From the NCBI GenBank assembly GCA_000146045.2, contig BK006948.2:736001-800000 (forward strand): a DNA stretch of 64,000 bases, in the 5' to 3' direction. The translations under genes were made by a program, and so were the position numbers. How positions within the stretch are numbered: the first letter of the stretch is position 1; each line of letters opens with the position of its first letter. The stretch is from TPA_inf: Saccharomyces. Lineage: Eukaryota. A model generated the notes under the pieces. That model ran no database searches. It was not told the origin of the DNA and saw nothing but the letters and a program-made list of their open reading frames with translations. Below, in pieces: positions 32,409-44,106 of the stretch.

Positions 32409-33812
32409 ATGGCGAAAAGCAAATCCAGTCAGGGTGCGAGTGGAGCACGCCGTAAACCGGCACCTTCTTTATACCAACACATTTCTAGCTTTAAACCACA
32501 ATTCAGCACAAGAGTCGACGATGTTTTACATTTTAGCAAGACACTGACATGGAGAAGTGAGATTATTCCAGACAAATCCAAGGGCACCTTGACGACTAGT
32601 CTTTTATATTCTCAAGGTAGTGATATTTACGAAATAGACACTACTTTACCATTAAAGACATTCTATGACGACGACGACGACGACGACAACGACGACGACG
32701 ACGAAGAAGGTAACGGCAAGACGAAGTCTGCAGCCACCCCAAATCCAGAGTATGGTGATGCTTTCCAAGATGTTGAGGGGAAACCATTGCGCCCAAAGTG
32801 GATTTACCAGGGCGAAACAGTGGCAAAAATGCAATACTTGGAAAGCTCAGACGACAGTACGGCGATCGCGATGTCCAAGAACGGCTCTTTGGCATGGTTC
32901 AGAGATGAGATCAAGGTTCCCGTTCATATCGTACAGGAAATGATGGGCCCTGCTACTAGATACTCTAGTATTCACTCTCTAACCAGACCAGGTTCATTAG
33001 CAGTGTCAGATTTTGATGTGTCGACAAATATGGATACGGTAGTAAAGTCACAAAGTAACGGCTACGAGGAGGACAGCATCTTGAAAATCATCGACAACTC
33101 CGATAGACCGGGAGATATATTACGTACAGTGCACGTTCCAGGGACCAACGTGGCTCACTCAGTTAGATTTTTTAACAACCATTTATTTGCATCTTGTTCA
33201 GATGACAACATTTTAAGATTCTGGGACACAAGAACAGCGGACAAACCGCTTTGGACGCTAAGCGAACCGAAAAATGGACGACTAACGTCCTTCGATTCCT
33301 CTCAAGTTACTGAAAACCTATTTGTCACTGGGTTCAGCACGGGTGTCATCAAGCTATGGGATGCGCGTGCTGTGCAACTGGCTACTACTGACCTCACACA
33401 TAGGCAGAACGGCGAGGAACCGATCCAAAACGAAATAGCCAAGTTGTTCCATTCTGGCGGCGATTCCGTTGTCGATATCCTGTTCTCACAAACCTCTGCA
33501 ACAGAATTTGTTACGGTTGGAGGAACGGGTAATGTCTACCACTGGGACATGGAGTACTCTTTTTCAAGAAACGACGATGACAACGAAGACGAAGTTCGAG
33601 TGGCTGCTCCGGAGGAACTTCAGGGTCAATGTTTAAAATTTTTCCACACAGGTGGCACAAGAAGATCGAGCAACCAATTCGGGAAGAGGAACACTGTGGC
33701 GCTACACCCCGTAATCAATGATTTTGTTGGCACTGTTGATTCAGATAGTCTTGTTACTGCCTACAAACCATTTCTGGCCAGTGACTTCATTGGCAGAGGT
33801 TACGACGATTAA
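32409..33812 (+). CDS. WTM2: WD-repeat transcriptional modulator 2 (467 aa). Contains a poly-Asp tract.
   Basis: WD40 repeats. Strong similarity to the downstream paralog WTM1 (shared QGSDIYEID, KNGSLAWF, HIVQE[ML]MGPAT, ILKIIDN, TVHVPGT, FASCSDDNILRFWDTR blocks). Confidence 0.88.
   Translation: MAKSKSSQGASGARRKPAPSLYQHISSFKPQFSTRVDDVLHFSKTLTWRSEIIPDKSKGTLTTSLLYSQGSDIYEIDTTLPLKTFYDDDDDDDNDDDDEEGNGKTKSAATPNPEYGDAFQDVEGKPLRPKWIYQGETVAKMQYLESSDDSTAIAMSKNGSLAWFRDEIKVPVHIVQEMMGPATRYSSIHSLTRPGSLAVSDFDVSTNMDTVVKSQSNGYEEDSILKIIDNSDRPGDILRTVHVPGTNVAHSVRFFNNHLFASCSDDNILRFWDTRTADKPLWTLSEPKNGRLTSFDSSQVTENLFVTGFSTGVIKLWDARAVQLATTDLTHRQNGEEPIQNEIAKLFHSGGDSVVDILFSQTSATEFVTVGGTGNVYHWDMEYSFSRNDDDNEDEVRVAAPEELQGQCLKFFHTGGTRRSSNQFGKRNTVALHPVINDFVGTVDSDSLVTAYKPFLASDFIGRGYDD
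32667..32702 (+). repeat. WTM2: Coding trinucleotide repeat (GAC)7-AAC-(GAC)4 encoding D7-N-D4 in WTM2.
   Basis: Seen directly. Absent from the paralog WTM1 at the corresponding position. Confidence 0.9.
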
Positions 33813-34624
33813 AAAAAAAAAAGAGTAAGAAATTAACGTTACCACCTATGGGAAAGGCAGTAACTCACAAGCATTCACGTACATAATTCTGTTTTTTTTT
33901 TTTTTATTCATTTCTAGCACGCTATCGGGGTTATTTTTTTTTTTGTAATATATAGTGATGGTATAATGTTGTATAGATACTGGTATCGCTCCTAATAAAG
34001 ACTCTTTCAGATTTCTGAAGCCAACGAAGTAAGGCCTCAAGAAAAGAGGGTTACCAGTAATTAACCAAGCAATTTCTTTTTTTTCTTTCCAGCAAAGAAA
34101 TAAGACAAAAACCGGCTATATGGAGAAGAGGGAGGATCTAATGGTGACATAGTCCATTTCAAGATTCCCTCTTTCGTTTCTCGGATGAAGCTCGATGTTT
34201 ACAATTCAGAATCTTAAAAGGCTGTCGCTAAGAAAGACCCAGAGGCACATGCAAGATAGTTGTGCCTGTACCACGTGAGAAGGCGGTATTCAATATGCGG
34301 TGCTGTGCTGGCTTCCCTTTTTGGAACGCGCCGGGGTATAACAAAGAAAGGCTAAGTCATACAATAGGCAAAAGACCTTTGTCTTTCCTTTTTTTCCTCT
34401 TTCCTAACATACGGTGGTTTATGTACTATCCCTTATGTAATTGCTTAGCTATACACAGTGAGCACACATAGTGGCGCTCACTACTCCCTTTTAATTTCAA
34501 CTCGTAGATAGTTGGGCTATTTTCCTTCGAATCCTCGTTTATCATCTCATATTTAAGAGTACCATTTCGGGGCTTTTTTTTACCTTTTCCTTTTCCATGC
34601 AGTCTGTCCCCTTAATGTTCTATG

Positions 34625-34642
34625 TTTTTTTTTTTTTTTTTT
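34625..34642. promoter_or_regulatory. Poly(dT) tract (T18) about 160 bp upstream of the WTM1 ATG.
   Basis: Homopolymer seen directly. Further T14 and T11 tracts lie at 33892-33905 and 33934-33944 in the same intergenic region. Confidence 0.45.
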
Positions 34643-34799
34643 CAGTTCTGTAGCTTCCAGTATAAAGGGAGGGAAAAAAGAAGATCCGAAAAGTTTATAT
34701 TCGCCTGAATTGTAGATATTAGATAAGAAAATTAATTATTAATCAACCAATCTTGAAAGATACAAATAAATTGTAACACACTATACATTACAACCAAAA

Positions 34800-36113
34800 A
34801 TGCCAAAAAAGGTTTGGAAATCATCTACGCCTTCCACTTATGAACATATCTCCAGCTTAAGACCAAAATTTGTGTCTCGTGTGGACAATGTTCTGCACCA
34901 AAGGAAGTCCTTGACGTTCAGCAACGTTGTTGTTCCAGATAAAAAAAATAACACTCTAACCTCAAGTGTTATATACTCTCAAGGTAGTGATATCTACGAA
35001 ATTGACTTCGCTGTACCACTACAAGAAGCCGCTTCAGAACCGGTGAAAGACTATGGTGACGCCTTTGAAGGTATTGAAAACACCTCGTTGAGCCCAAAAT
35101 TCGTGTACCAGGGTGAAACTGTCTCCAAAATGGCCTACTTAGATAAGACTGGAGAAACTACATTATTGTCGATGTCTAAGAACGGGTCGTTGGCTTGGTT
35201 CAAAGAGGGTATAAAGGTCCCTATTCACATTGTACAGGAATTGATGGGTCCAGCAACCAGCTATGCCAGCATCCATTCTTTAACCAGACCTGGTGATCTA
35301 CCTGAAAAGGATTTCTCATTAGCCATCTCTGACTTCGGCATTTCCAATGATACCGAAACCATTGTGAAGTCTCAGAGTAATGGTGATGAAGAAGACAGTA
35401 TTTTGAAAATCATTGACAATGCCGGTAAGCCTGGTGAGATTCTACGTACTGTTCATGTGCCTGGTACCACTGTGACTCACACCGTAAGATTTTTCGACAA
35501 TCATATCTTTGCGTCTTGTTCAGATGACAATATTCTGAGGTTCTGGGACACTAGAACTTCCGACAAGCCTATATGGGTGTTGGGAGAACCAAAGAACGGA
35601 AAATTGACCTCGTTTGATTGCTCTCAGGTTTCCAACAACTTGTTTGTTACCGGTTTCAGTACGGGTATTATCAAGTTATGGGATGCCAGAGCGGCTGAAG
35701 CTGCCACCACTGATTTGACTTATAGACAAAACGGTGAAGATCCAATTCAGAATGAAATCGCTAACTTCTATCATGCCGGCGGTGATTCTGTTGTCGACGT
35801 CCAATTTTCTGCCACTTCAAGCTCTGAATTCTTTACTGTGGGCGGCACTGGTAATATTTACCACTGGAACACTGACTATTCCTTGTCAAAGTACAATCCT
35901 GACGATACCATTGCTCCTCCTCAAGATGCCACTGAAGAATCACAAACAAAATCTCTGAGATTCTTGCACAAGGGTGGAAGCAGAAGATCTCCAAAACAGA
36001 TTGGAAGAAGAAACACCGCCGCTTGGCATCCAGTTATTGAAAACTTGGTTGGTACTGTCGATGACGATAGTTTAGTCAGCATCTACAAGCCCTATACCGA
36101 GGAAAGCGAATAG
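34800..36113 (+). CDS. WTM1: WD-repeat transcriptional modulator 1 (437 aa), tandem paralog of WTM2.
   Basis: Same architecture and about 75-85% identity over conserved blocks with WTM2. ATG at 34800. Confidence 0.88.
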   Translation: MPKKVWKSSTPSTYEHISSLRPKFVSRVDNVLHQRKSLTFSNVVVPDKKNNTLTSSVIYSQGSDIYEIDFAVPLQEAASEPVKDYGDAFEGIENTSLSPKFVYQGETVSKMAYLDKTGETTLLSMSKNGSLAWFKEGIKVPIHIVQELMGPATSYASIHSLTRPGDLPEKDFSLAISDFGISNDTETIVKSQSNGDEEDSILKIIDNAGKPGEILRTVHVPGTTVTHTVRFFDNHIFASCSDDNILRFWDTRTSDKPIWVLGEPKNGKLTSFDCSQVSNNLFVTGFSTGIIKLWDARAAEAATTDLTYRQNGEDPIQNEIANFYHAGGDSVVDVQFSATSSSEFFTVGGTGNIYHWNTDYSLSKYNPDDTIAPPQDATEESQTKSLRFLHKGGSRRSPKQIGRRNTAAWHPVIENLVGTVDDDSLVSIYKPYTEESE

Positions 36114-36600
36114 TCGCCATGCTAAACGCGCGGAACAAGGCCATATTTATATATTTAATGCTTTTAACTATTATTAGTTTTTCTCACCCAGGGCTGGTTT
36201 CTTTACCCTGTGTGATGAAAGTGCGCGCCTAAAGTTATGTATGAGCTACTGTTAGTATATTTATTATTCAATATTTAATTAAACAATACTTACTACTGAT
36301 GAAAGATACCGTACACCTGCTGGCGAATAAGTCACTATACACGAGCAATTATATTTCTCAGGTCATTGCGACAATTGAAAAATCGGATCGACTGATTATC
36401 ATTAAGGCGTGTGACGGCTCAGAATAAGGAAGTTCTATTTTAAAGGGCAGCAAAAATTTGGCACAATTTAAAAAGAAAGTTGGTCTCTGGTAGGGTTGGA
36501 TCCGGTTTTTCATAACTTGCGTTTCATTTATGGTTGCGTATTTCTCGCAGTGTACATAGACCAAATTAACTCTATCCTTCCATTGCACAATTTGCCCAGT

Positions 36601-38127
36601 ATGGCTTCACTGTTCAGACCCCCAGAATCTGCGAAATGCAACCCAAACTCTCCTAGACTTAAACTGCCCCTCTTACGAAATAATCAGGTAGATGAAAATA
36701 ATATATACTTGACGTCGAATGGGAGTTCCACCACAGCTTACAGTAGCCACACCCCAGAACCACTGACCTCTTCCACATCGACACTTTTCTCCCAAACTCG
36801 ACTTCATCCTAGCGACTCTTCAATGACTTTAAATACAATGAAGAAGAGGCCTGCACCGCCATCTTTACCTTCGCTCAGCATAAATTCACAGTCTAAGTGC
36901 AAAACACTACCCGAACTCGTACCCATCGCCGATGTGTCTGATGGTAAACATGATTTAGGATTGAAACAGCGTGTGATAGCCGAAAATGAGTTGTCTGGTA
37001 ATAGTGACTTAACCCCTTCATCGATGGCAAGCCCCTTTTCACATACAAACACCTCTTCTCCCTACCTCAGAAATGATCTGAGCAATTCAGTGGGATCTGA
37101 CTTTTCAAATTTGATATCGGCATATGAACAAAGTTCAAGTCCCATCAAGTCATCGTCCCAGCCTAAATCATCTTCTGAATCGTACATAGACTTAAACAGT
37201 GTACGAGATGTTGATCAATTGGATGAAAATGGTTGGAAATATGCAAATTTAAAAGATAGGATCGAGACATTAGGCATTCTAGGAGAAGGAGCCGGTGGCT
37301 CTGTTTCCAAGTGTAAATTGAAAAATGGATCAAAAATATTCGCTTTAAAAGTGATAAACACATTAAATACAGATCCCGAGTATCAGAAGCAAATATTCAG
37401 AGAATTACAGTTTAATAGGAGTTTCCAATCCGAATATATCGTACGATATTATGGAATGTTTACGGATGACGAAAACTCTTCAATTTATATTGCTATGGAG
37501 TACATGGGTGGGCGATCGTTGGATGCTATTTATAAAAATTTGTTAGAGCGTGGTGGTAGGATCAGTGAAAAAGTCCTGGGGAAGATTGCAGAAGCGGTAC
37601 TAAGAGGACTATCATATTTGCATGAAAAAAAAGTTATTCATAGAGATATTAAGCCCCAGAATATTTTACTGAATGAAAATGGTCAGGTGAAACTTTGTGA
37701 TTTTGGGGTCAGTGGAGAAGCCGTTAACTCGCTAGCCACAACATTCACGGGGACGTCATTCTATATGGCTCCAGAAAGGATTCAAGGTCAACCATACAGT
37801 GTCACATCTGATGTATGGTCACTTGGATTAACGATTTTGGAAGTGGCGAACGGGAAATTTCCATGCTCTTCCGAGAAGATGGCAGCCAATATAGCTCCCT
37901 TTGAATTGTTAATGTGGATTTTAACATTTACTCCTGAATTAAAGGATGAACCCGAATCTAATATCATATGGAGTCCATCATTCAAATCCTTTATCGACTA
38001 CTGTCTGAAAAAAGATAGTCGTGAACGGCCATCTCCAAGACAAATGATCAATCATCCTTGGATAAAGGGTCAAATGAAAAAAAATGTCAATATGGAAAAA
38101 TTCGTGAGGAAGTGCTGGAAAGATTAA
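36601..38127 (+). CDS. MKK1: MAP kinase kinase of the cell-wall-integrity pathway (508 aa). The track ORF starts at an upstream TTG; trimmed to the ATG giving MASLFRPPESAK.
   Basis: Protein kinase subdomains (GEGAGGSV, ALK, HRDIKPQN, DFG, APE) with an S/T-rich N-terminal regulatory region. Length matches Mkk1. Confidence 0.88.
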   Translation: MASLFRPPESAKCNPNSPRLKLPLLRNNQVDENNIYLTSNGSSTTAYSSHTPEPLTSSTSTLFSQTRLHPSDSSMTLNTMKKRPAPPSLPSLSINSQSKCKTLPELVPIADVSDGKHDLGLKQRVIAENELSGNSDLTPSSMASPFSHTNTSSPYLRNDLSNSVGSDFSNLISAYEQSSSPIKSSSQPKSSSESYIDLNSVRDVDQLDENGWKYANLKDRIETLGILGEGAGGSVSKCKLKNGSKIFALKVINTLNTDPEYQKQIFRELQFNRSFQSEYIVRYYGMFTDDENSSIYIAMEYMGGRSLDAIYKNLLERGGRISEKVLGKIAEAVLRGLSYLHEKKVIHRDIKPQNILLNENGQVKLCDFGVSGEAVNSLATTFTGTSFYMAPERIQGQPYSVTSDVWSLGLTILEVANGKFPCSSEKMAANIAPFELLMWILTFTPELKDEPESNIIWSPSFKSFIDYCLKKDSRERPSPRQMINHPWIKGQMKKNVNMEKFVRKCWKD

Positions 38128-38572
38128 TCAATAAGCAATTTTTTGCGAACATGATTAAGTTTATTTTACTTTATTTCGCATTTTCCATAAAAAAATTTTC
38201 CTCCATACAAGATTCATACCCAGGATAGCCTAACTAAAATGTATGGCTTTATACAGCTTGACGACAAACTTAATTTGAATATATAGATATATTAATTTAA
38301 TCAGCAGGATTAGCATTTAATGTCTTACATGTCTTTGTATTTGGCATACGTATTCAGTGATATTTTAATACCTCGCAACGCAATTTCCAGCGAGTTTACG
38401 TTTGAAGCAAACGTAACTCCCATGAGTTATACATAACGCCTGCTGCAGCTGAACCAGAACAATATACCGTGGTATTACCGTAAGCATTTGAAAACAATAA
38501 TAAGTTTCCAAGTGCCGCTTTAGATCCAAAGTACAAGGACATATTGTGGAAGAGTAAGTTGAATATTTGAAA

Positions 38573-39259
38573 ATGAGAGCTTTTTCAGCAGCCACCGTTA
38601 GGGCCACAACTAGGAAGTCGTTCATCCCAATGGCACCAAGAACTCCTTTTGTGACTCCATCATTTACAAAGAATGTAGGCTCAATGAGAAGAATGAGATT
38701 TTATTCTGATGAAGCCAAAAGTGAAGAATCCAAAGAAAACAATGAAGATTTGACTGAAGAGCAATCAGAAATCAAGAAATTAGAGAGCCAGTTAAGCGCG
38801 AAGACTAAAGAAGCTTCTGAACTCAAGGACAGATTATTAAGATCTGTGGCAGATTTCAGAAATTTACAACAAGTCACAAAGAAGGATATTCAGAAAGCTA
38901 AGGACTTTGCTTTACAGAAGTTTGCAAAGGATTTATTGGAATCTGTAGATAACTTTGGTCATGCTTTGAATGCTTTTAAAGAGGAAGACTTACAAAAGTC
39001 CAAGGAAATTAGTGATTTGTATACAGGGGTTAGAATGACAAGAGATGTTTTTGAAAACACCCTAAGAAAGCACGGTATTGAAAAATTAGACCCATTGGGA
39101 GAACCATTTGATCCAAATAAACACGAAGCAACGTTCGAGTTGCCACAACCTGATAAGGAACCGGGTACTGTTTTCCATGTACAACAATTAGGTTTCACCT
39201 TGAATGACAGAGTTATCAGACCAGCAAAAGTCGGAATTGTTAAGGGCGAAGAGAACTAA
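38573..39259 (+). CDS. MGE1: Mitochondrial GrpE nucleotide-exchange factor for mtHsp70 (228 aa). Track start 38567 is a TTG; the ATG is at 38573.
   Basis: GrpE family sequence with an N-terminal presequence (MRAFSAATVRATTRK). Confidence 0.88.
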   Translation: MRAFSAATVRATTRKSFIPMAPRTPFVTPSFTKNVGSMRRMRFYSDEAKSEESKENNEDLTEEQSEIKKLESQLSAKTKEASELKDRLLRSVADFRNLQQVTKKDIQKAKDFALQKFAKDLLESVDNFGHALNAFKEEDLQKSKEISDLYTGVRMTRDVFENTLRKHGIEKLDPLGEPFDPNKHEATFELPQPDKEPGTVFHVQQLGFTLNDRVIRPAKVGIVKGEEN

Positions 39260-39845
39260 CCTTGATGAAGAATTATTACTACCTACGACTTTATCTATAT
39301 GTGCCTTTTTTCTTTCTCTGCCTGGTTTAGTTTTATTTACTACGTTTACTTGTATATATTTGTAAACTAATGAAAATATAAAGAAATAAATCTCAAAACA
39401 TGCTTTTATACTGTAAAAACTGGTGTTATATGGGTTAATGAAAGGCATATAATATACAAGGGTGACAAATTTTTAGTACTTTCGTATACATTTTAAAGAA
39501 GACACTTTTGTTTCTTGAGGACTGGTCAATTCCATTTTTATTTTTTTGTAAACAATGACGGCGAGTTTCATTAGGAACGTGAGCAGAAAAATATTATCTG
39601 TTGTAAACAATCGCATCGGTGGGAGAGCATAAACTTCTACTGAAGATATACGGTTTGAAAAGACAATAACGCATTAGTTGTTTTTTTAGTACATATTTTT
39701 TTAGCAAGTTCACTGTTTATTGAGCTTACTGTGATTTTCAAGTAAAACACCTTTTATTTTCTCGAGGAAATCCAGCCACCTTTTCACAGGTAAAGTCATC
39801 GCATAATATTCTATCAGGACATTCCGTATACCTGAATATATATAC

Positions 39846-42248
39846 ATGGCTTCTGTACCTAAACGCCATACATACGGTGGCAACGTTGTCACTGATAGGG
39901 ACCGTCATTCTCTTCAAAGAAACAATGAGATTTTGCATCCTATACATAAAAATCAGCGAAAACATGCTACCTTCGGACCATACATAATCGGTTCCACTTT
40001 GGGTGAGGGAGAATTTGGTAAAGTTAAGCTGGGTTGGACCAAGGCTTCCTCCTCGAACGAGGTTCCTAAGCAAGTGGCAATCAAATTAATTAGAAGAGAT
40101 ACAATCAAGAAAGATGCCGATAAAGAAATTAAAATATACCGCGAAATTAACGCACTGAAGCATTTAACTCATCCTAACATTATCTATTTAGAAGAGGTCC
40201 TGCAGAATTCGAAATACATTGGAATAGTGCTAGAGTTTGTATCTGGGGGAGAATTCTATAAGTATATTCAACGTAAGAGGAGATTAAAGGAATCTTCTGC
40301 ATGCAGATTGTTTGCCCAATTAATTAGTGGGGTCAATTATATGCACTACAAAGGACTTGTTCATAGGGACTTAAAACTGGAAAATTTATTATTAGATAAG
40401 CACGAAAATTTAGTCATCACGGATTTTGGTTTTGTGAATGAATTTTTTGAAGATAACGAATTAATGAAAACTTCTTGTGGTTCGCCCTGTTATGCAGCAC
40501 CAGAACTAGTTGTTAGTACCAAGGCATATGAAGCAAGAAAGGCAGATGTTTGGTCGTGTGGTGTTATTCTTTATGCAATGCTCGCTGGATATTTGCCGTG
40601 GGATGACGATCATGAAAATCCAACGGGTGACGATATTGCTAGACTGTACAAATACATCACGCAAACACCTCTTAAATTTCCCGAATATATAACCCCTATT
40701 CCAAGAGATTTGCTGAGGCGAATACTGGTACCCAATCCAAGAAGAAGAATAAACTTACAAACAATAAAAAGGCATGTGTGGTTGAAGCCTCATGAAGCGT
40801 TTTTGAGCATTCAGCCGAACTATTGGGATGAACACTTACAGAAGGAACGTCCGAAACCGCCAAACAAAGGTGACGTTGGTCGCCACTCAACTTATTCTTC
40901 ATCAGCATCTTCGTACTCAAAAAGTAGGGATAGAAACTCTTTAATTATAGAGTCGACTCTAGAGCAACATCGAATGTCTCCACAGCTTGCGACCAGCAGA
41001 CCAGCATCACCAACATTCTCTACTGGTTCCAAAGTGGTGTTAAACGATACGAAAAATGACATGAAAGAATCTAATATAAATGGCGAGCGTACTAGTGCAT
41101 CATGCAGGTACACACGTGATTCGAAGGGCAACGGCCAGACCCAAATAGAACAAGTATCAGCTAGACACTCATCCAGAGGCAATAAGCACACATCGGTCGC
41201 GGGACTCGTAACAATCCCTGGCTCCCCCACAACTGCAAGAACAAGGAATGCACCATCATCAAAGCTTACTGAGCATGTAAAAGATTCTAGTCAGACAAGC
41301 TTTACTCAGGAGGAATTCCACCGTATTGGTAATTATCACGTGCCTCGCAGTAGACCTAGGCCAACTTCATATTATCCTGGACTCAGTCGTAACACCGCGG
41401 ATAATAGTTTAGCGGATATTCCAGTAAATAAGTTGGGTTCGAATGGTAGGTTGACAGATGCCAAAGACCCGGTACCGTTGAACGCAATACACGATACCAA
41501 CAAAGCTACAATCTCCAACAATTCCATTATGCTATTATCAGAAGGTCCGGCTGCAAAGACTTCCCCAGTAGATTACCATTATGCTATTGGCGACTTAAAC
41601 CATGGTGACAAACCCATAACTGAGGTTATCGACAAAATTAATAAGGACCTTACTCATAAAGCAGCTGAAAATGGTTTTCCTCGAGAGAGCATCGACCCAG
41701 AGAGTACCTCAACGATATTAGTTACGAAAGAACCCACTAACTCCACCGATGAAGATCATGTAGAATCTCAGCTGGAGAATGTTGGCCACTCTTCTAATAA
41801 ATCAGACGCTTCTTCTGATAAAGATAGTAAAAAGATCTACGAAAAAAAAAGGTTCAGCTTCATGTCGTTGTACTCATCCTTAAATGGTTCAAGATCCACT
41901 GTTGAATCTCGTACCTCAAAAGGGAATGCACCTCCTGTTTCATCTAGAAATCCATCAGGACAATCGAATAGAAGTAACATTAAAATAACTCAGCAGCAAC
42001 CACGTAACCTTTCCGACAGAGTTCCAAATCCCGATAAGAAAATTAATGATAATAGAATAAGAGACAACGCACCTAGCTATGCTGAAAGCGAGAATCCGGG
42101 AAGGTCTGTACGGGCTTCTGTTATGGTGTCAACACTACGAGAAGAAAATCGATCGGAATTGTCGAATGAAGGGAATAATGTCGAGGCACAGACTTCAACA
42201 GCAAGAAAGGTTCTGAATTTTTTCAAAAGAAGGAGCATGAGGGTTTGA
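39846..42248 (+). CDS. KIN4: Ser/Thr protein kinase of the spindle position checkpoint (800 aa). N-terminal kinase domain, long S/T/N-rich C-terminus.
   Basis: Snf1/AMPK-related kinase domain (GSTLGEGEFGKVKLG, HRDLKLENLLLD, DFGF, APE). Length and position match. Confidence 0.85.
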   Translation: MASVPKRHTYGGNVVTDRDRHSLQRNNEILHPIHKNQRKHATFGPYIIGSTLGEGEFGKVKLGWTKASSSNEVPKQVAIKLIRRDTIKKDADKEIKIYREINALKHLTHPNIIYLEEVLQNSKYIGIVLEFVSGGEFYKYIQRKRRLKESSACRLFAQLISGVNYMHYKGLVHRDLKLENLLLDKHENLVITDFGFVNEFFEDNELMKTSCGSPCYAAPELVVSTKAYEARKADVWSCGVILYAMLAGYLPWDDDHENPTGDDIARLYKYITQTPLKFPEYITPIPRDLLRRILVPNPRRRINLQTIKRHVWLKPHEAFLSIQPNYWDEHLQKERPKPPNKGDVGRHSTYSSSASSYSKSRDRNSLIIESTLEQHRMSPQLATSRPASPTFSTGSKVVLNDTKNDMKESNINGERTSASCRYTRDSKGNGQTQIEQVSARHSSRGNKHTSVAGLVTIPGSPTTARTRNAPSSKLTEHVKDSSQTSFTQEEFHRIGNYHVPRSRPRPTSYYPGLSRNTADNSLADIPVNKLGSNGRLTDAKDPVPLNAIHDTNKATISNNSIMLLSEGPAAKTSPVDYHYAIGDLNHGDKPITEVIDKINKDLTHKAAENGFPRESIDPESTSTILVTKEPTNSTDEDHVESQLENVGHSSNKSDASSDKDSKKIYEKKRFSFMSLYSSLNGSRSTVESRTSKGNAPPVSSRNPSGQSNRSNIKITQQQPRNLSDRVPNPDKKINDNRIRDNAPSYAESENPGRSVRASVMVSTLREENRSELSNEGNNVEAQTSTARKVLNFFKRRSMRV

Positions 42249-42554
42249 GTTTTCAGTACATAGTTATATCGACAATTACATTATATTATAGAGTGATAAT
42301 ATTATTTTCTTTTTGAATTTTAACAGTCTTTTTGATAGGACACCAAATATTGCTTAACGCACTGCATGTTCCTGGTAGAGAAAGAAGAAGAAAAGTCTTA
42401 CTGTCACTACCTGCAGAAAAGATTGTATGAAACGAAATGGAGTAAGAACTCAAAATATAAACAAAAGAATAAGGATATATATATGAATGCTTATTTTTTA
42501 TATTTTATACAATATTAATAACAATAATTATAATTTTGTTTTGGTTTAACTTAA

Positions 42555-43405
<851 letters not shown>

Positions 43406-44020
43406 TTTATCTATGATTTATCTGGTTCTACTTTTGCAAAGGTTGTTTAAGCAAAGAAACTGTTTTCGGACCTTTATCTGCTATAATAATCGTTTTTTCA
43501 AAATCTGGTGCTAAGCGTAACTGGTGCAAGCCATAGGTAGCCTCACTACGGTACAGAGGTTACTTTGAAAGCAAGAACCCTTCACATGTCACACCTGCAC
43601 GCAGAGGCATGGAGAGGCCAGCACAAACCACCATGGATGGGTAAAGTCATAGAAGGAAAAGCACATGGTACCCAGGCAGAGTTCCCCCCAGCAGTGACGC
43701 TCTGTTGCACTGGCCGGAAGAAGATGGTGTAAAGAGAAGCGGTCTCCAGGCAGAACAAATTCTGATTGCCCGTCTACCGGTAAAGCTTTCTCACAATATA
43801 CCGTACGTTTCAAAAAAAATATTGATTCTTTTTTTATAAAAATATCAGTAGTATGTATGGGCTGATTGTATGGGTTTATACAGGCCGTCAAAATTTTTTC
43901 ACCCCCCCATACCCCACATACCTTTTACTATTAACCCTGATTTTTTTTCTTTTCACATACAGCGCCTTAAGGCGAAGGCAAATCCTGAAAATTTTCTCAT
44001 TTGCTTTCCCCCACCAGACA

Positions 44021-44030
44021 TATATAAAGG
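44021..44030 (+). promoter_or_regulatory. TATA box (TATATAAAGG) about 80 bp upstream of the U3 snoRNA 5' end. Rap1-like C-rich motifs lie further upstream at about 43868-43925.
   Basis: TATATAAA seen directly. The upstream CACCCCCCATACCCCACATACC and TGTATGGGTTT resemble Rap1 sites (ACACCCATACATTT). These are shared with the divergent RPL33B promoter. Confidence 0.4.
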
Positions 44031-44106
44031 CTTTGTATTCTGCTGTCAATTAGATTTAGTACATCTTTTCTCTTATGTTTTCTTCTTGTTTCTACTTAAA
44101 ATCTGT

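Noticed and set aside
36496-36600. 35-codon N-terminal extension of MKK1 in the ORF track
   Set aside because: The track start is a TTG (36496-36498). There is no upstream ATG in frame, and the annotated 508-aa Mkk1 begins at ATG 36601.
39738-40073. 111-aa minus-strand ORF overlapping the KIN4 5' end and promoter
   Set aside because: It is antisense to the conserved KIN4 kinase-domain start, with no domain and poor start context. It is probably an artefact, though an antisense regulatory transcript cannot be excluded from sequence alone.
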